Numbered from the stretch's first letter, positions 27,964 to 38,129 are shown. The stretch: 64,000 bases of DNA from a virus (IMGVR_UViG_3300032246_002821:32001-96000), one strand, 5' to 3'. Notes: generated from the sequence alone by a model not told the origin. Made by a program: numbers and translations.

Positions 27964-28296
27964 TTATAGGCTGGCAGCTTTGCTAGCCATCTGGTCCACA
28001 GTGTTGGCCTGGGCCTCAGGATTGGGTTGGCCCTGTAACATCTGTTCGTCTTGTCCTATAGTGATGCTGTTCTGATTATAATCGGTCACAAGATTCTGGA
28101 TGTGATTGTTGTCGCGATATAATGCTTGGAAGTCGTCGTAATTGAAACTGTAGCCCATATTGCTCATCATCTTTGCAATGCTGCTGATGGGAACAGCAGT
28201 ACCTGGTTTGGTTTTGGCCTTCAGGTACTGCAATATGGTCATTAAGATTCCGGCTTGGCTACTGACAAAATCCGGGGCGACTTCCAAAAGTTTCAT
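27964..28296 (-). CDS. Hypothetical protein
   Basis: Start MKLLEV directly after the upstream stop. Confidence 0.65.
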   Translation of the reverse strand: MKLLEVAPDFVSSQAGILMTILQYLKAKTKPGTAVPISSIAKMMSNMGYSFNYDDFQALYRDNNHIQNLVTDYNQNSITIGQDEQMLQGQPNPEAQANTVDQMASKAASL

Positions 28297-28297
28297 A

Positions 28298-29194
28298 TCA
28301 AACTCGCTTGCCGCGACCCAGTTGTTCACTACCACCAGTTGCACTGTCAGCTGTGGCCAATTCTTCAGGTTGAGCAGCAGGTGCTGCGCCTGTATCTGTC
28401 ACATTACCGCCTTCCAAACCACTAGCAGGGGCAGGAGCAGCGGCAGCAGGTGCTGCTGACATATCCATGGGCTGAGCACTGTAAACACCACGGCTGGCGT
28501 TGTCCAGCGTATCACGTGCGCCGTTGGCTGCATCCATGATAGTGGCCATAGCAGCACTGGCAGTGGAATTGAACTGGTTTGCTTGATCGATACCGATCTC
28601 GTCTTTCATAGCACTAACCAATGCAGGCAGTTGTTCGTTCTGCATCTTGCCGATCTTTCCCACCAGATCCTGGATGGTATCAACCATATCACGAGCTGCC
28701 ATTGTCACACGGGCAGTTTCGATCTCACCTTCTGTTAGTGCCAAACGCAAGATACCCATCGCACGATGAGTTGTGCTTTCCTGGGCCATCTTGGTAGCTG
28801 TGGCATACATCACATCGTCTGCACGATTGCCATAACGCTTCTTGAAATCGCCCTTTACTTTCTTCATACCTTTAACGTATTTTTCACGTTTGGCTTTTGC
28901 TTTGCTGTCCATTTTTCTTTCCACTAGATTCATACGGCTGCTTGTTTCCAATTCGGCTCTCCAGCTTTCCAGCACACGGCTAACCATAACTGCTTCCATG
29001 AATTCTGGATTGCGTTCTGCGTGGTGTGCCTGGCTAGTGCTGCGGATGGCACTGATTTTATTGTGTAGAGTTTGAAGCATATTGCTGGCATCTGATTCGT
29101 TGATACGCTCCAGATCCAGTTGCCATCTGTAAACTTTACTTAATTGCTGATTGAGCTCTTGAGCTGCTGTCTTACCAAATTCGTTAACAAACAT
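28298..29194 (-). CDS. Probable virion/head-associated helical protein
   Basis: TATAAATA late promoter upstream; helical, with an Ala/Pro-rich tail. Confidence 0.65.
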   Translation of the reverse strand: MFVNEFGKTAAQELNQQLSKVYRWQLDLERINESDASNMLQTLHNKISAIRSTSQAHHAERNPEFMEAVMVSRVLESWRAELETSSRMNLVERKMDSKAKAKREKYVKGMKKVKGDFKKRYGNRADDVMYATATKMAQESTTHRAMGILRLALTEGEIETARVTMAARDMVDTIQDLVGKIGKMQNEQLPALVSAMKDEIGIDQANQFNSTASAAMATIMDAANGARDTLDNASRGVYSAQPMDMSAAPAAAAPAPASGLEGGNVTDTGAAPAAQPEELATADSATGGSEQLGRGKRV

Positions 29195-29220
29195 AGGATT
29201 GTCCTTGTATTTGTAAGTAT

Positions 29221-29658
29221 TTATAGTAAGTTGGCGGTTTTTTCCAATTCGTGTATCTGGTTTTTCAGATTATCCAGCTCACCATCTGCCCTGGCCAGAC
29301 GATCTTCGTACACCCTTTTATCAGGATTCATACGGAACAAGTGCTTGTAATGGTGCTGATCTTTGACGAAAATGTCATATTTTTGATCGATACCCTGGAT
29401 CGCTCTGATGATTTTGTGCTTTTTCAGGGTTATGAACGCGGCTGCAAGCACAGCCAACCGTTTTTGTCTTAGTTCAGTTATCACGTTTCCGTTTTTATCT
29501 GTGACTTGCCACAAGTTTTCTGTGGGACTGATATGAAACTTTCCCACTTGCAAATTGCCCATATGATTTTTTACTATCAATTGCTTGGTAGTAATATCTT
29601 CATACTGCTGTTTAATAAAGTTTTGTACTTTGTCATACTGCTGAGATACATTTTTCAT
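29221..29658 (-). CDS. Hypothetical protein
   Basis: 145-aa ORF, co-oriented with neighbours. Confidence 0.65.
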   Translation of the reverse strand: MKNVSQQYDKVQNFIKQQYEDITTKQLIVKNHMGNLQVGKFHISPTENLWQVTDKNGNVITELRQKRLAVLAAAFITLKKHKIIRAIQGIDQKYDIFVKDQHHYKHLFRMNPDKRVYEDRLARADGELDNLKNQIHELEKTANLL

Positions 29659-29694
29659 TCTTAAATCCTAGCAGTTTTGTTATGGGGAGTCTAT

Positions 29695-29964
29695 CTAAAT
29701 GTGTGATTTAGCCACATAGAGTATTAGTCCCAGTAGTGCTGTCAATAGTGAGCCGATTAAGCCAATGCCGATGCCGATAATTTTTTTATAAGCCAGTGTT
29801 TCTTTTTCGATTAACATACTTTTAATTTCGCTCACTATGGACTCGACTTTAGCCAGTCTCTGTTCCATACTTTCCATTCTTTCATCCAATTTGTCATAGC
29901 GATCATCACAGAGTTCCACGTGGGCTTCCAGGCTTTTCTTTTCTATATCTGCTAAAATACCCAT
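29695..29964 (-). CDS. Coiled-coil protein with C-terminal TM helix
   Basis: EKKSLEAHVELC coiled coil, then IIGIGIGLIGSLLTALLGLILYV. Confidence 0.65.
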   Translation of the reverse strand: MGILADIEKKSLEAHVELCDDRYDKLDERMESMEQRLAKVESIVSEIKSMLIEKETLAYKKIIGIGIGLIGSLLTALLGLILYVAKSHI

Positions 29965-29985
29965 TTGAATTTCCAGGATGATAAA

Positions 29986-30417
29986 TTATTTATCAGTATC
30001 GAAAGGGTATAAAAAGCTGATATTTTGTTCTGCACAGTTGTGTCTCATATACTTCTGTGGAAACTGCACAGTCTCTTCCAGACCAGTTATCATAGGAATA
30101 TAATCGGTGTCCTGCTTCAAATGATACAACGGGTCATCCGCCAGCGCCACTGCATCCATATTGGCCAGTTCGAAATCGAAAATCCATACATTATGGTGGC
30201 CAGAAAACACGCTGCCCAATTCCAGGTTTTCCACACTGCGCCAGATCTTTTTGGGTTGGGTGTGCAATATCACGCTGCTACGGATGCTGAGTGTTTGCAG
30301 CAGGGTATTCCAATTACGCCGCTGAAGCTGATAAAATTGTTCATTGCCGCTGGTGGTTATATCGAATAAACAAAAACATCTTATCATAGGTTTACTTATA
30401 ACAGTAAAAATCGCCAA
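29986..30417 (-). CDS. Hypothetical protein
   Basis: 143-aa ORF, co-oriented with neighbours. Confidence 0.6.
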   Translation of the reverse strand: MAIFTVISKPMIRCFCLFDITTSGNEQFYQLQRRNWNTLLQTLSIRSSVILHTQPKKIWRSVENLELGSVFSGHHNVWIFDFELANMDAVALADDPLYHLKQDTDYIPMITGLEETVQFPQKYMRHNCAEQNISFLYPFDTDK

Positions 30418-30420
30418 AGA

Positions 30421-30441
30421 AAAAGGGCCTTGCGGCCCTTT
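30421..30441. terminator. Intrinsic terminator
   Basis: aaaagggcc-ttgc-ggcccttt flanked by A/T tracts. Confidence 0.75.
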
Positions 30442-30463
30442 AGCTTGCGATATGCGATATCTA

Positions 30464-30859
30464 TTATGATAGTGCTAGTTTGAAACCAGCGTCGAATACC
30501 AGGGTACCACGAGCATCGATGTTGTTAGTGTTACCATACCAACCTGAACCGTTACCACCGCCACGAATCTGTGCCTGTAGTGTAGCTGCTGTAGTTGCAC
30601 CGTATACACCTTCTACCATCAAACTGATGTTGCCGCTTGATGAGTTTTCAACCTGATAAACCAATACTGAAGCATTGCTTTCGATGTTGTTCAGGATGTC
30701 TTTCACAGCACCGTTAACACCCATTTCAGCTGAAATGTCTTGTGCTGAACCACCGTTGTTGCAAATGTATAGACCAAAGAACTTTGGTGCTTTACCAACA
30801 AAACTCTGAGCAACACCAACTGTGCCGGCATTACCATTTACGCGATAAAAATCTGCCAT
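30464..30859 (-). CDS. Probable abundant virion structural protein
   Basis: Own TATAAATA promoter (30897-30904), GGAG RBS and terminator; Gly/Ala/Asn-rich. Confidence 0.65.
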   Translation of the reverse strand: MADFYRVNGNAGTVGVAQSFVGKAPKFFGLYICNNGGSAQDISAEMGVNGAVKDILNNIESNASVLVYQVENSSSGNISLMVEGVYGATTAATLQAQIRGGGNGSGWYGNTNNIDARGTLVFDAGFKLALS

Positions 30860-30926
30860 CTTATTTCTCCAAAAAATTGCGCTTGTACGCTACAATTATT
30901 TATACCAGATGTAGAATATCGGCTGA

Positions 30927-31175
30927 TTACTTGCTTTCGTTTATGCGGCGCAGACCACGTGTGAATTTGGCTGGATCTTGCGTCCTGATGCTGTTGATCA
31001 AGCGTCTTTCCAGCTCGTCTGCCTCGGGACCGTCATATTGTTCACGTATGGTATTGATCAAATTAACTGCGCTGTTAATGATATGATTGGCTCTGCTTTC
31101 AATGATCAGCTCAGGATTGCGACCTGTGCCGATATGGCTTAACTCGTCCAATATGCTACGTGTTTGTTTACGCAA
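30927..31175 (-). CDS. Hypothetical phage protein
   Basis: 82-aa helical ORF; TAAATA at 31193-31198 and GGAG RBS. Confidence 0.7.
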   Translation of the reverse strand: MRKQTRSILDELSHIGTGRNPELIIESRANHIINSAVNLINTIREQYDGPEADELERRLINSIRTQDPAKFTRGLRRINESK

Positions 31176-31304
31176 ATGTAGTACTCCGATAATATTTATT
31201 GGTTCCTACAGTTATAACAAATTATATTCCAGATCAATTTCATCCAAAACGCCATTTCCAGCGGATAAATTATTACATAGGCATTATAGGCAAAAGAGGC
31301 AATT

Positions 31305-33008
31305 ATGGCAAACGAATTACCAAAGAACGCATTACAACAACTTGAACGATTATTGGCAGCATTTAAACGAACGGTACCAGATACACCAGATTACCAGGAC
31401 AGGCTCGCAGAAGAATTAGATATAATACTGCGCCTGCGATTCACAGATTACTTCCTACAGATATGCGAAGTACTGGCGCTCACCACAGACATACCACATA
31501 TGACCCGAGGTTCGGCCGGCAGCAGCGTTGTATGCTGGGCACTGGGCATCACAGATGTGGATCCTGTCCTACAGAACATACCAGTGGCTAGATTTTTAAA
31601 TCCACATCGTGATGATCTACCTGATGTGGACATAGACTTTCCGCACTGGGCACAGGGCATAGTGATGCAACGAATATTCGATCGCTGGCCGGGCCGCAGT
31701 GCCAGGATCAGCAACTATGTGATGTATCGTGAGAAGTCAGCCAGGCGTGAAGCAGCACGCCGTATGGGTGCCACTGGCAAGCTAAAACGCGATTTCAAAC
31801 TGTCAGATCTGGACATAGATCACTCCGAGGCTGCTCGCATAGAACGCAAGTTGCTGGGCAAGAAACGAGCCATCAGCAAGCACTGCGGTGGCATATTGAT
31901 ATTCCGCAACAGCGTACCCAAGAGCCTGATCAATGGCGAGAATCAGATCCTGCTGGACAAGAACGAAGTGGAAGATCTGGAACATCTGAAGATAGACATC
32001 CTGGCCAATCGTGGACTGAGCCAGCTGCACGAGATAGAGCCAAACATGAACCTGTGTGACTATCCCGAAACGGACGAGGCTACCAGCGCACTGCTGAGTC
32101 GTGGTGATGTGCTGGGTGTGACGCAGGGCGAAAGCCCAGCGATGCGTAGGTTGTTCCGCGCCATACAACCCAAGAGCCGTGCTGATTGCATCTTTGCCAC
32201 GGCACTGATCAGACCAGTGGCCACTACCGGCAGACAGAAGGCCACGTTCTTCCACGACTTCACACAGGGCAGGCTCACGGACAACATCGTGTATGAAGAC
32301 GATGCCATAGAAAAGATCAGCAGGCTCATAGGCTGTGATGCCAATGAGGCAGATATGTTTCGCCGTGCCTTCGCCAAGAAGAACGAGGAGCGTGTGCTGG
32401 AATTCATGACACGTATGGGCGAGCATCCGGACAAGAAAAGCATCATCGATGAACTGTATCAGCTGGGCAACTTCGGCCTGTGTCGCGCACACGCTGTAAA
32501 CCTGGGTAGGCTGATCTGGGCATTGGCTTATCAGAAGGCACATAACCCCAAAGCATTCTGGGCTGCCTGCCTCAAGCACTGTGAAGGCAGCTATCGCAAA
32601 TGGGTCTACAAGAACGAAGCCAAGCTGTCGGGCTGGGACCTGAGAGAGCTGGGATACCACAACAGCATAATGAACGACCCTGTCTGGGAATTCAACAAAT
32701 ATGGCTGGTGGGGAGCCAAGGAATTCCTGCCGGGCTTCTACTGTAGCGAACAATATATGGATCGTTACGAATTTGCCGGGCTCATAGCCAACGGTCGCGT
32801 GTTCAAAGCAGACAAGGGCAAGTACATCACGTTCCTCACTCTGGGCGTAGGCAACGGCAAATACATAGATATCACGGTGAATAAACCCATATCTTATGCA
32901 GATGCCGATGCTATAACCGGTGTGGGCAAGATGCGTATGCTCAACGGCACACAGTATCTGGAATGCCAGATAGTCAAAGCGGTCAAGCTGAAATCTATTG
33001 CTTCTTGA
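31305..33008 (+). CDS. dnaE: DnaE-like DNA polymerase III alpha (C-family) lacking the PHP domain
   Basis: RGSAGSS.VCWALGITDVDP, RFLNPHR, PDVDIDF, KH.GGIL, KIDIL, GVTQ.ES, ALIRP, F.LCRAHA. Confidence 0.85.
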   Translation: MANELPKNALQQLERLLAAFKRTVPDTPDYQDRLAEELDIILRLRFTDYFLQICEVLALTTDIPHMTRGSAGSSVVCWALGITDVDPVLQNIPVARFLNPHRDDLPDVDIDFPHWAQGIVMQRIFDRWPGRSARISNYVMYREKSARREAARRMGATGKLKRDFKLSDLDIDHSEAARIERKLLGKKRAISKHCGGILIFRNSVPKSLINGENQILLDKNEVEDLEHLKIDILANRGLSQLHEIEPNMNLCDYPETDEATSALLSRGDVLGVTQGESPAMRRLFRAIQPKSRADCIFATALIRPVATTGRQKATFFHDFTQGRLTDNIVYEDDAIEKISRLIGCDANEADMFRRAFAKKNEERVLEFMTRMGEHPDKKSIIDELYQLGNFGLCRAHAVNLGRLIWALAYQKAHNPKAFWAACLKHCEGSYRKWVYKNEAKLSGWDLRELGYHNSIMNDPVWEFNKYGWWGAKEFLPGFYCSEQYMDRYEFAGLIANGRVFKADKGKYITFLTLGVGNGKYIDITVNKPISYADADAITGVGKMRMLNGTQYLECQIVKAVKLKSIAS

Positions 33009-34398
33009 TGTTGCTGAGCATCTGCTTGAGCCTGCTGCTGTCCACCGTTGCTGATATCTTACCCGGCTCATTGGCCACCACTGCATCTGTGTTGGGCTTG
33101 ACAACACTGCCTGTTTTTAGACTGTCATAGATGCTGCTGCTCTGCTTCTTGAACTGCTGATACTCACCGTCCTCGGCTAGATCTCTGATACGCAGGCTGT
33201 CTATGTCGAATTCCAGATCCACTTTCTGTCCCACGCCCGAACTGCTGCGTGTTTTCATTATCTGGATCTGGTACCTGCCGTGCTCGCGCATCGCACGACT
33301 GGTAAAGATGCCGAACAGGTTATCTGCTGTGTTGATCTTACTGATACCACCGGAAATGTGGCTGTGATCGAATTCCACTTCTTCCACACTGGCACGATTC
33401 AACTGGCTGGCTGTCACAAGCAACACATCCATCTCTTTGGCAAAGTTCCTGATCTCTTCGCTTACATATTTGTCCTTGATGAACAGATCGCTGGGACTGA
33501 CTTTGGCACTCACTGGCATCAGCAGATCCAGATAATCGATCATCACGAAGTCCACACGCTTGCCTGTGCGTATCTGTAGTTCTTTGATATATGCACGGAC
33601 ATCATTGATGGTGCTCTGCGCTGGCATATATTTGATCTGGAATTTACCAGCTTTCTTGCCCAGCATAATCACCTTCATTTCCACTGTTTCCAGGTCCTTG
33701 AATATCTCCCTGGCTGGCACACTGGTCAACATACTATCGATACGCATACTAGTGAGCTCTTCGCTCAGTTCCAGCGTGATGTAGACACCGTTCAGTCCAG
33801 CAAGCATCCAGTTACAAGCGATGTTCTGCATAAACAAGCTCTTGCCTGATCCGGATCCACCAGCAAAGATGTTGAGCTCGCCGCGATTGAATCCACCGAA
33901 CAGCTTCTTGTCCAGGCTGTTCCAGCCAGTGCTGATCTGACCGTTGCTGTCTTTCAGCTTCTGCAATCTAGCCACAGGATCCGCAAAATAATCCGTGCCC
34001 AGATCCTTTGTAAGGCTTATCTGCACCGCGTCCTTGATCAGTTTTTCCACTGGATCGAAATCGCCCTTTTCCAGCAGGTCCGCCGCTTTCAGGATTGCTC
34101 GTTCCAGTTCTTTCTGTTTGGTAAACTCTTCGAACTCTTCCATGAACCAGCTCTGATGATCTTCATTCAGTCCTGGTATCAGCTGGAAGTTGTTGCCTGT
34201 GACAGCATTGATCTGTTCTGGCACCGGCATAGTGGTATGTTCAGCACAATGCTTCTTGATGAACTCGGCCGCAGATTTGAGACTGCGATCGAAGTTGTCA
34301 GGATTATAGATGTTTTGTACACGTACATAAGTCTGGCTGTCAGTGAGCATCATCTCAATAAACAACTTCTGTACATCAGTGCTGAATGTTTTTGCCAT
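32995..34398 (-). CDS. Replicative DnaB-like helicase (T4 gp41 type)
   Basis: GGFNRGELNIFAGGSGSGKS Walker A, MIDYLDL, TASQLNR, IMKTRSS. Confidence 0.92.
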   Translation of the reverse strand: MAKTFSTDVQKLFIEMMLTDSQTYVRVQNIYNPDNFDRSLKSAAEFIKKHCAEHTTMPVPEQINAVTGNNFQLIPGLNEDHQSWFMEEFEEFTKQKELERAILKAADLLEKGDFDPVEKLIKDAVQISLTKDLGTDYFADPVARLQKLKDSNGQISTGWNSLDKKLFGGFNRGELNIFAGGSGSGKSLFMQNIACNWMLAGLNGVYITLELSEELTSMRIDSMLTSVPAREIFKDLETVEMKVIMLGKKAGKFQIKYMPAQSTINDVRAYIKELQIRTGKRVDFVMIDYLDLLMPVSAKVSPSDLFIKDKYVSEEIRNFAKEMDVLLVTASQLNRASVEEVEFDHSHISGGISKINTADNLFGIFTSRAMREHGRYQIQIMKTRSSSGVGQKVDLEFDIDSLRIRDLAEDGEYQQFKKQSSSIYDSLKTGSVVKPNTDAVVANEPGKISATVDSSRLKQMLSNIKKQ

Positions 34399-34405
34399 AA
34401 ATTAT

Positions 34406-34434
34406 AATATACGCTTTTTATTGTTGAAAGTCAA
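34406..34434 (-). promoter_or_regulatory. Sigma70-type promoter TTGACT-N17-TATTAT
   Basis: Directly upstream of the helicase. Confidence 0.6.
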
Positions 34435-35435
34435 AACCATTTGCGGCTGTGCAAATTTATTTTCAATTGATTGTGTTGAGCACTGTTAATTATGCTTCGC
34501 ATAGTGAACAATCTGCCATACCTGGCACAGGCATCAGCAACATCCTTGATGCCTGGTTCCCAATCGGGAAATGCCACGCTCCAACCATATTTTATCGCAG
34601 CGTTAACCATAGCCCTGCCAGCAGCATCGCGATCAGGAACAACGATGATATCACGGTCCAGGCTCTCTATGACCTGTGCTTGTGCGGCGTTGATCTCATT
34701 GCTGCAGACGCCGATGGCATCGATACTGACCGCATCCAATAATCCTTCCACAACGATGACAAACTTGCGATCTCTGGTTTGACGATCATATCCCCAGACC
34801 ATATTGGCTGGATAGTTGCTGAGATATTTAACACGTTTGCTTTCCCCCGCAAACAGCCTGCCGCTATAACCCATGGGCTTACCCTGCCAGGTGAAAGGCA
34901 CCAGCACACGGTTACGCAGACCCGGATCATCTGTCCAGCAGATAAGATCCAGTTTGTCACCTAGCCCACGGCTGTCCAGATAATTCACAGCCTGTTCCAG
35001 GCTGTAATAGTTTTCTTCTGTGATGTGACCATCACAAAGCCAACTGTGGATGCTACGCCCAGGACAAGGCTCCCTGGCTTCATACACCGGCAATTCAGTC
35101 TTTTCTGGCGCAACATAAGCGTCATCGGTAAGTTGTGTGAGAGCGAATAGTGCCAGGCGGTTGACAGTGTCTTCCGCCATACCCATCCACTGCATCCAGC
35201 GGCGCATCTTGTAGCTGAGACGCCTGCCTGGTTGCCAGCCTGTGCTGAAATGGCAGTTGAAACAATGGTAAGTCAAACCACCTTCAGGGGTCATCATTAT
35301 GCCGCCACGACCACGATCATCAGGTCGCTGACCATTGTGCTGGCAACATACAGCATTGAAGCTGGTCCAGCCAGACGGCGTCGCCTTTTTCTTCCAGGGA
35401 AGATGCGACAAGATCTCTACGGTTATTTCCATCAT
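34431..35435 (-). CDS. DNA primase (zinc finger plus TOPRIM, gp61-like)
   Basis: NAVCC..YHCFNC zinc site; VVEGLLDA and PDRDAAG TOPRIM motifs; adjacent to the helicase. Confidence 0.88.
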   Translation of the reverse strand: MMEITVEILSHLPWKKKATPSGWTSFNAVCCQHNGQRPDDRGRGGIMMTPEGGLTYHCFNCHFSTGWQPGRRLSYKMRRWMQWMGMAEDTVNRLALFALTQLTDDAYVAPEKTELPVYEAREPCPGRSIHSWLCDGHITEENYYSLEQAVNYLDSRGLGDKLDLICWTDDPGLRNRVLVPFTWQGKPMGYSGRLFAGESKRVKYLSNYPANMVWGYDRQTRDRKFVIVVEGLLDAVSIDAIGVCSNEINAAQAQVIESLDRDIIVVPDRDAAGRAMVNAAIKYGWSVAFPDWEPGIKDVADACARYGRLFTMRSIINSAQHNQLKINLHSRKWF

Positions 35436-35456
35436 AAACAGATTATAACACTAAAA

Positions 35457-36263
35457 TCACGGTCTGTAAAGTATTTTTGTGAGACTACCGCTAGTGGTGG
35501 TGACGTGGAACCTGACCTGGCTGTATTTGCCTGGATTCAAGTTGAAATAATTGGTTCCTGTCAGATTGTTAACACTGACACTGTTGATGGTGAACCAGGC
35601 GTTGGGCAGACTAGTGGGAATGGGATCCAGGCTGCCCTGTGTCTCGATGGTGCCCACGAAAGCATTGCCATAATACTGTACTGTCTCTGTAACTGCACGG
35701 CTCTTGGTGCGATTGTTGACAATGATGACAGGTGTCAGCACCTGATTGGCATCGCTGTATCCATAGATGGCATTGCTGGCATTGTTGTAGAAAGGACCTA
35801 GATTGGGATTGTAACTGGCTGTGAATTGTGGATAGGCTTTGTCGCTGATGTAGCAGGTGCCCTGTGCGTTGTAATTGTCATCCGCATAGGCTATCTGTTG
35901 TTGGCCTTCACCGTTGGTCACGATAACGCTGTAGTTGTATTGGCCTGCCAGGATATCATCCAGCAACCTGCTTTCTAAGACAGTTGTGACAGTGCCTTTG
36001 GCGTTATAAACTATCTGCAGATTACGGCTGAATACCAATTCTTGATTACTGGGATCTATTAGATTAAATACAATCGTACTGTCCAACAGGCTTACAGGTT
36101 TTTGATCTGCATTTTTGATCAGTAACTGAAACTGGTTATCTACGCCCTTGTAGATTTGCAGAGGTTTGGCATACACTAGCTGATTCTCCCTGAAAGGTGT
36201 GAAGTCGGCATTCTTTACTACCGTGATAGATTGCTTATATAAATAACCCAGAATTGGTTGCAC
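35457..36263 (-). CDS. Hypothetical beta-rich protein, probably structural
   Basis: TAAATA at 36282-36287 and AGGAG RBS upstream; LQIYKGVDN motif. Confidence 0.65.
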   Translation of the reverse strand: MQPILGYLYKQSITVVKNADFTPFRENQLVYAKPLQIYKGVDNQFQLLIKNADQKPVSLLDSTIVFNLIDPSNQELVFSRNLQIVYNAKGTVTTVLESRLLDDILAGQYNYSVIVTNGEGQQQIAYADDNYNAQGTCYISDKAYPQFTASYNPNLGPFYNNASNAIYGYSDANQVLTPVIIVNNRTKSRAVTETVQYYGNAFVGTIETQGSLDPIPTSLPNAWFTINSVSVNNLTGTNYFNLNPGKYSQVRFHVTTTSGSLTKILYRP

Positions 36264-36289
36264 TTATTAGGACTCCTGTAATATTTATT

Positions 36290-36658
36290 ATGATTTCCAT
36301 AGAACAAATGCTTGAACAATACCCGTTTCTCAGTTATATCAAATATACTCATTCTGACTACATAGGTGTTATACAAAACCACGATACCGATCTCGTCAGT
36401 ATGTATGCCTTTAATAAATTACGTACGGAAGATCACAAGCGTAGATTCCTGGAACAGGCCGATGTCTGGTGGTGGGAGAGCAACCGTATGATACCCATCA
36501 ACATCTTTTTGAAAGAAGGTTGGAATGAATTCCGTTACAGCACAGTGACACTTACCTGCAAAGATATACAGGAACAACAGGGTCACATCGTAAGCATCGC
36601 AAAACTAGCCGATCGCAGGACCAAACGCAGGGTGGTACAGTTGGTCAGGAAGATGTGA
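36290..36658 (+). CDS. Hypothetical phage protein
   Basis: YPFLSY...YIGVIQN...WWWESNRMIPINIFLK; one of the few plus-strand genes. Confidence 0.75.
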   Translation: MISIEQMLEQYPFLSYIKYTHSDYIGVIQNHDTDLVSMYAFNKLRTEDHKRRFLEQADVWWWESNRMIPINIFLKEGWNEFRYSTVTLTCKDIQEQQGHIVSIAKLADRRTKRRVVQLVRKM

Positions 36659-37205
36659 GCAGGTTCATATGGACCACCACTAGCTGAGCATATCCATATG
36701 CGTGTGCCTTCTTAAAATAGTACCCTTCAGGCGGTTTGATCCATATCTCATCATTGATCTGTCGCCAGGTCTTGCCTGCCAAGTACCGTTTGCTGGGCCT
36801 GATCAATGCCAGCACCATCGCCAGCTTGTCCATTGTATCTGTAAAATGCTGCTGTAACAGGTCATAATGACCATTCAGATGGATCAGTTTGCCAACAAAC
36901 TCTGGATCGCGTAGTCGTGACCAATCTGGATCGCTAGCAAGCAACCGATCAAGATGAGCATTATCGTGTATCTGATTATAAACGTGTACATTTAAAATAT
37001 CCAGTTTTATATATCCCAGCTGTTCTGCTGTATGATAATCCATATTACACAAACCAGTCAAAGGATCAGCTGGCACAGGATTCACATAAATGCCTGTGTT
37101 GTGTTTGCTTATGGTATCATCTCTATACATACTGGCTGGTGTGTGTTCTATCAAACGTAATAGTTTGTCACGGTCACCCACATCTATGTCAATGTCAAAA
37201 CTCAT
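36645..37205 (-). CDS. Miniature DnaE-like (Pol III alpha palm) protein
   Basis: DIDID, KHNTGIY, GYIKLDIL, ALIRP, YYFKKAHA motifs compressed into 186 aa. Confidence 0.75.
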   Translation of the reverse strand: MSFDIDIDVGDRDKLLRLIEHTPASMYRDDTISKHNTGIYVNPVPADPLTGLCNMDYHTAEQLGYIKLDILNVHVYNQIHDNAHLDRLLASDPDWSRLRDPEFVGKLIHLNGHYDLLQQHFTDTMDKLAMVLALIRPSKRYLAGKTWRQINDEIWIKPPEGYYFKKAHAYGYAQLVVVHMNLLTSS

Positions 37206-37392
37206 CTATGGCCTCTTGTTGATCCTTAAGGGTAGGCAAACGATACTCGGTCCAGCCACGTCGCATCATATCACAAAGCCAATGCCATTCACCCTTTACA
37301 AAGACCGGATACCAGAGGAACACCAGCCTCCAGCGCAGTTCTTCTGGTATGCTGTAGTCATATTTGCTGCTGCTGGGATGTGGTCCTCTCAT
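37195..37392 (-). CDS. Small hypothetical protein
   Basis: Overlaps both neighbours; Trp-rich. Confidence 0.5.
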   Translation of the reverse strand: MRGPHPSSSKYDYSIPEELRWRLVFLWYPVFVKGEWHWLCDMMRRGWTEYRLPTLKDQQEAIDEF

Positions 37393-38129
37393 AGTCCTGC
37401 CTGCTCCAATATGTGTTTGGTCATCGCCGTATCTGCCGGATAATCTTGTATCTTACGCTGCCAGAATTCCGGATCTATCCAGCGTATTATAAGACCTATC
37501 TGCTCGTCTGTCAATGTTTCCATCTTCTCGATACCGCTTTCGCTGCAATATATCACCCAGGGACTGATGCGACCATTCTGCACGTGCAACACAAACCTGC
37601 TGTTGCTGATAACACGGAAATAGTCGCTAAACTCCGGTGGTTGTTCTGGTTGTTGCGCTTCTTCCGACCATTCCTGCATGGTCAGTATGCTGCGTTCCAG
37701 TGCATCTGTGGCAGATTCGGTACGCATCAGCTGGAACAGATAGGCATCATACACCTTGTCCTGACACCAGCGATCGATCTTGATCTGTTGTTTCAGTACA
37801 TAATCCATGAACTGATTGGTATTGATGGCATTGATACTGACGCAATGTCTACCGAACTTGACGAAAGCGTTGTAGAACTGGTTCTTGCAGAAATCGTCAT
37901 ACGTTTTCAGCTTGGCTGATCCCTGTGTGATCTCATAGAATCTCAGCCAGGCAGCGAATCCGATCTGCACACCTTTCTCGCCTTTCTGTTGGGCGCGACG
38001 TTTGGGCTCACACTGATGTACAGCCAGCGTGGTTTCCTTGGCGAATCCCTGCCCACAATTACGGCATTTATGTTCGCCCGGCTTGACATCTGCCGCTGCT
38101 TCACGTATCAATTTGTGTAATTCACTCAC
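37389..38129 (-). CDS. Hypothetical protein with N-terminal C2H2-like zinc finger
   Basis: HKCRNCGQGFAKETTLAVHQC. Confidence 0.7.
   Translation of the reverse strand: MSELHKLIREAAADVKPGEHKCRNCGQGFAKETTLAVHQCEPKRRAQQKGEKGVQIGFAAWLRFYEITQGSAKLKTYDDFCKNQFYNAFVKFGRHCVSINAINTNQFMDYVLKQQIKIDRWCQDKVYDAYLFQLMRTESATDALERSILTMQEWSEEAQQPEQPPEFSDYFRVISNSRFVLHVQNGRISPWVIYCSESGIEKMETLTDEQIGLIIRWIDPEFWQRKIQDYPADTAMTKHILEQAGL

Noticed and set aside
29695-29964. Holin call for the coiled-coil/TM protein
   Set aside because: The topology is compatible, but no lysis cassette is adjacent and there is no recognisable family motif
31803-33107. 434-aa minus-strand ORF
   Set aside because: Antisense shadow of the dnaE-like gene; no motifs, RBS or promoter
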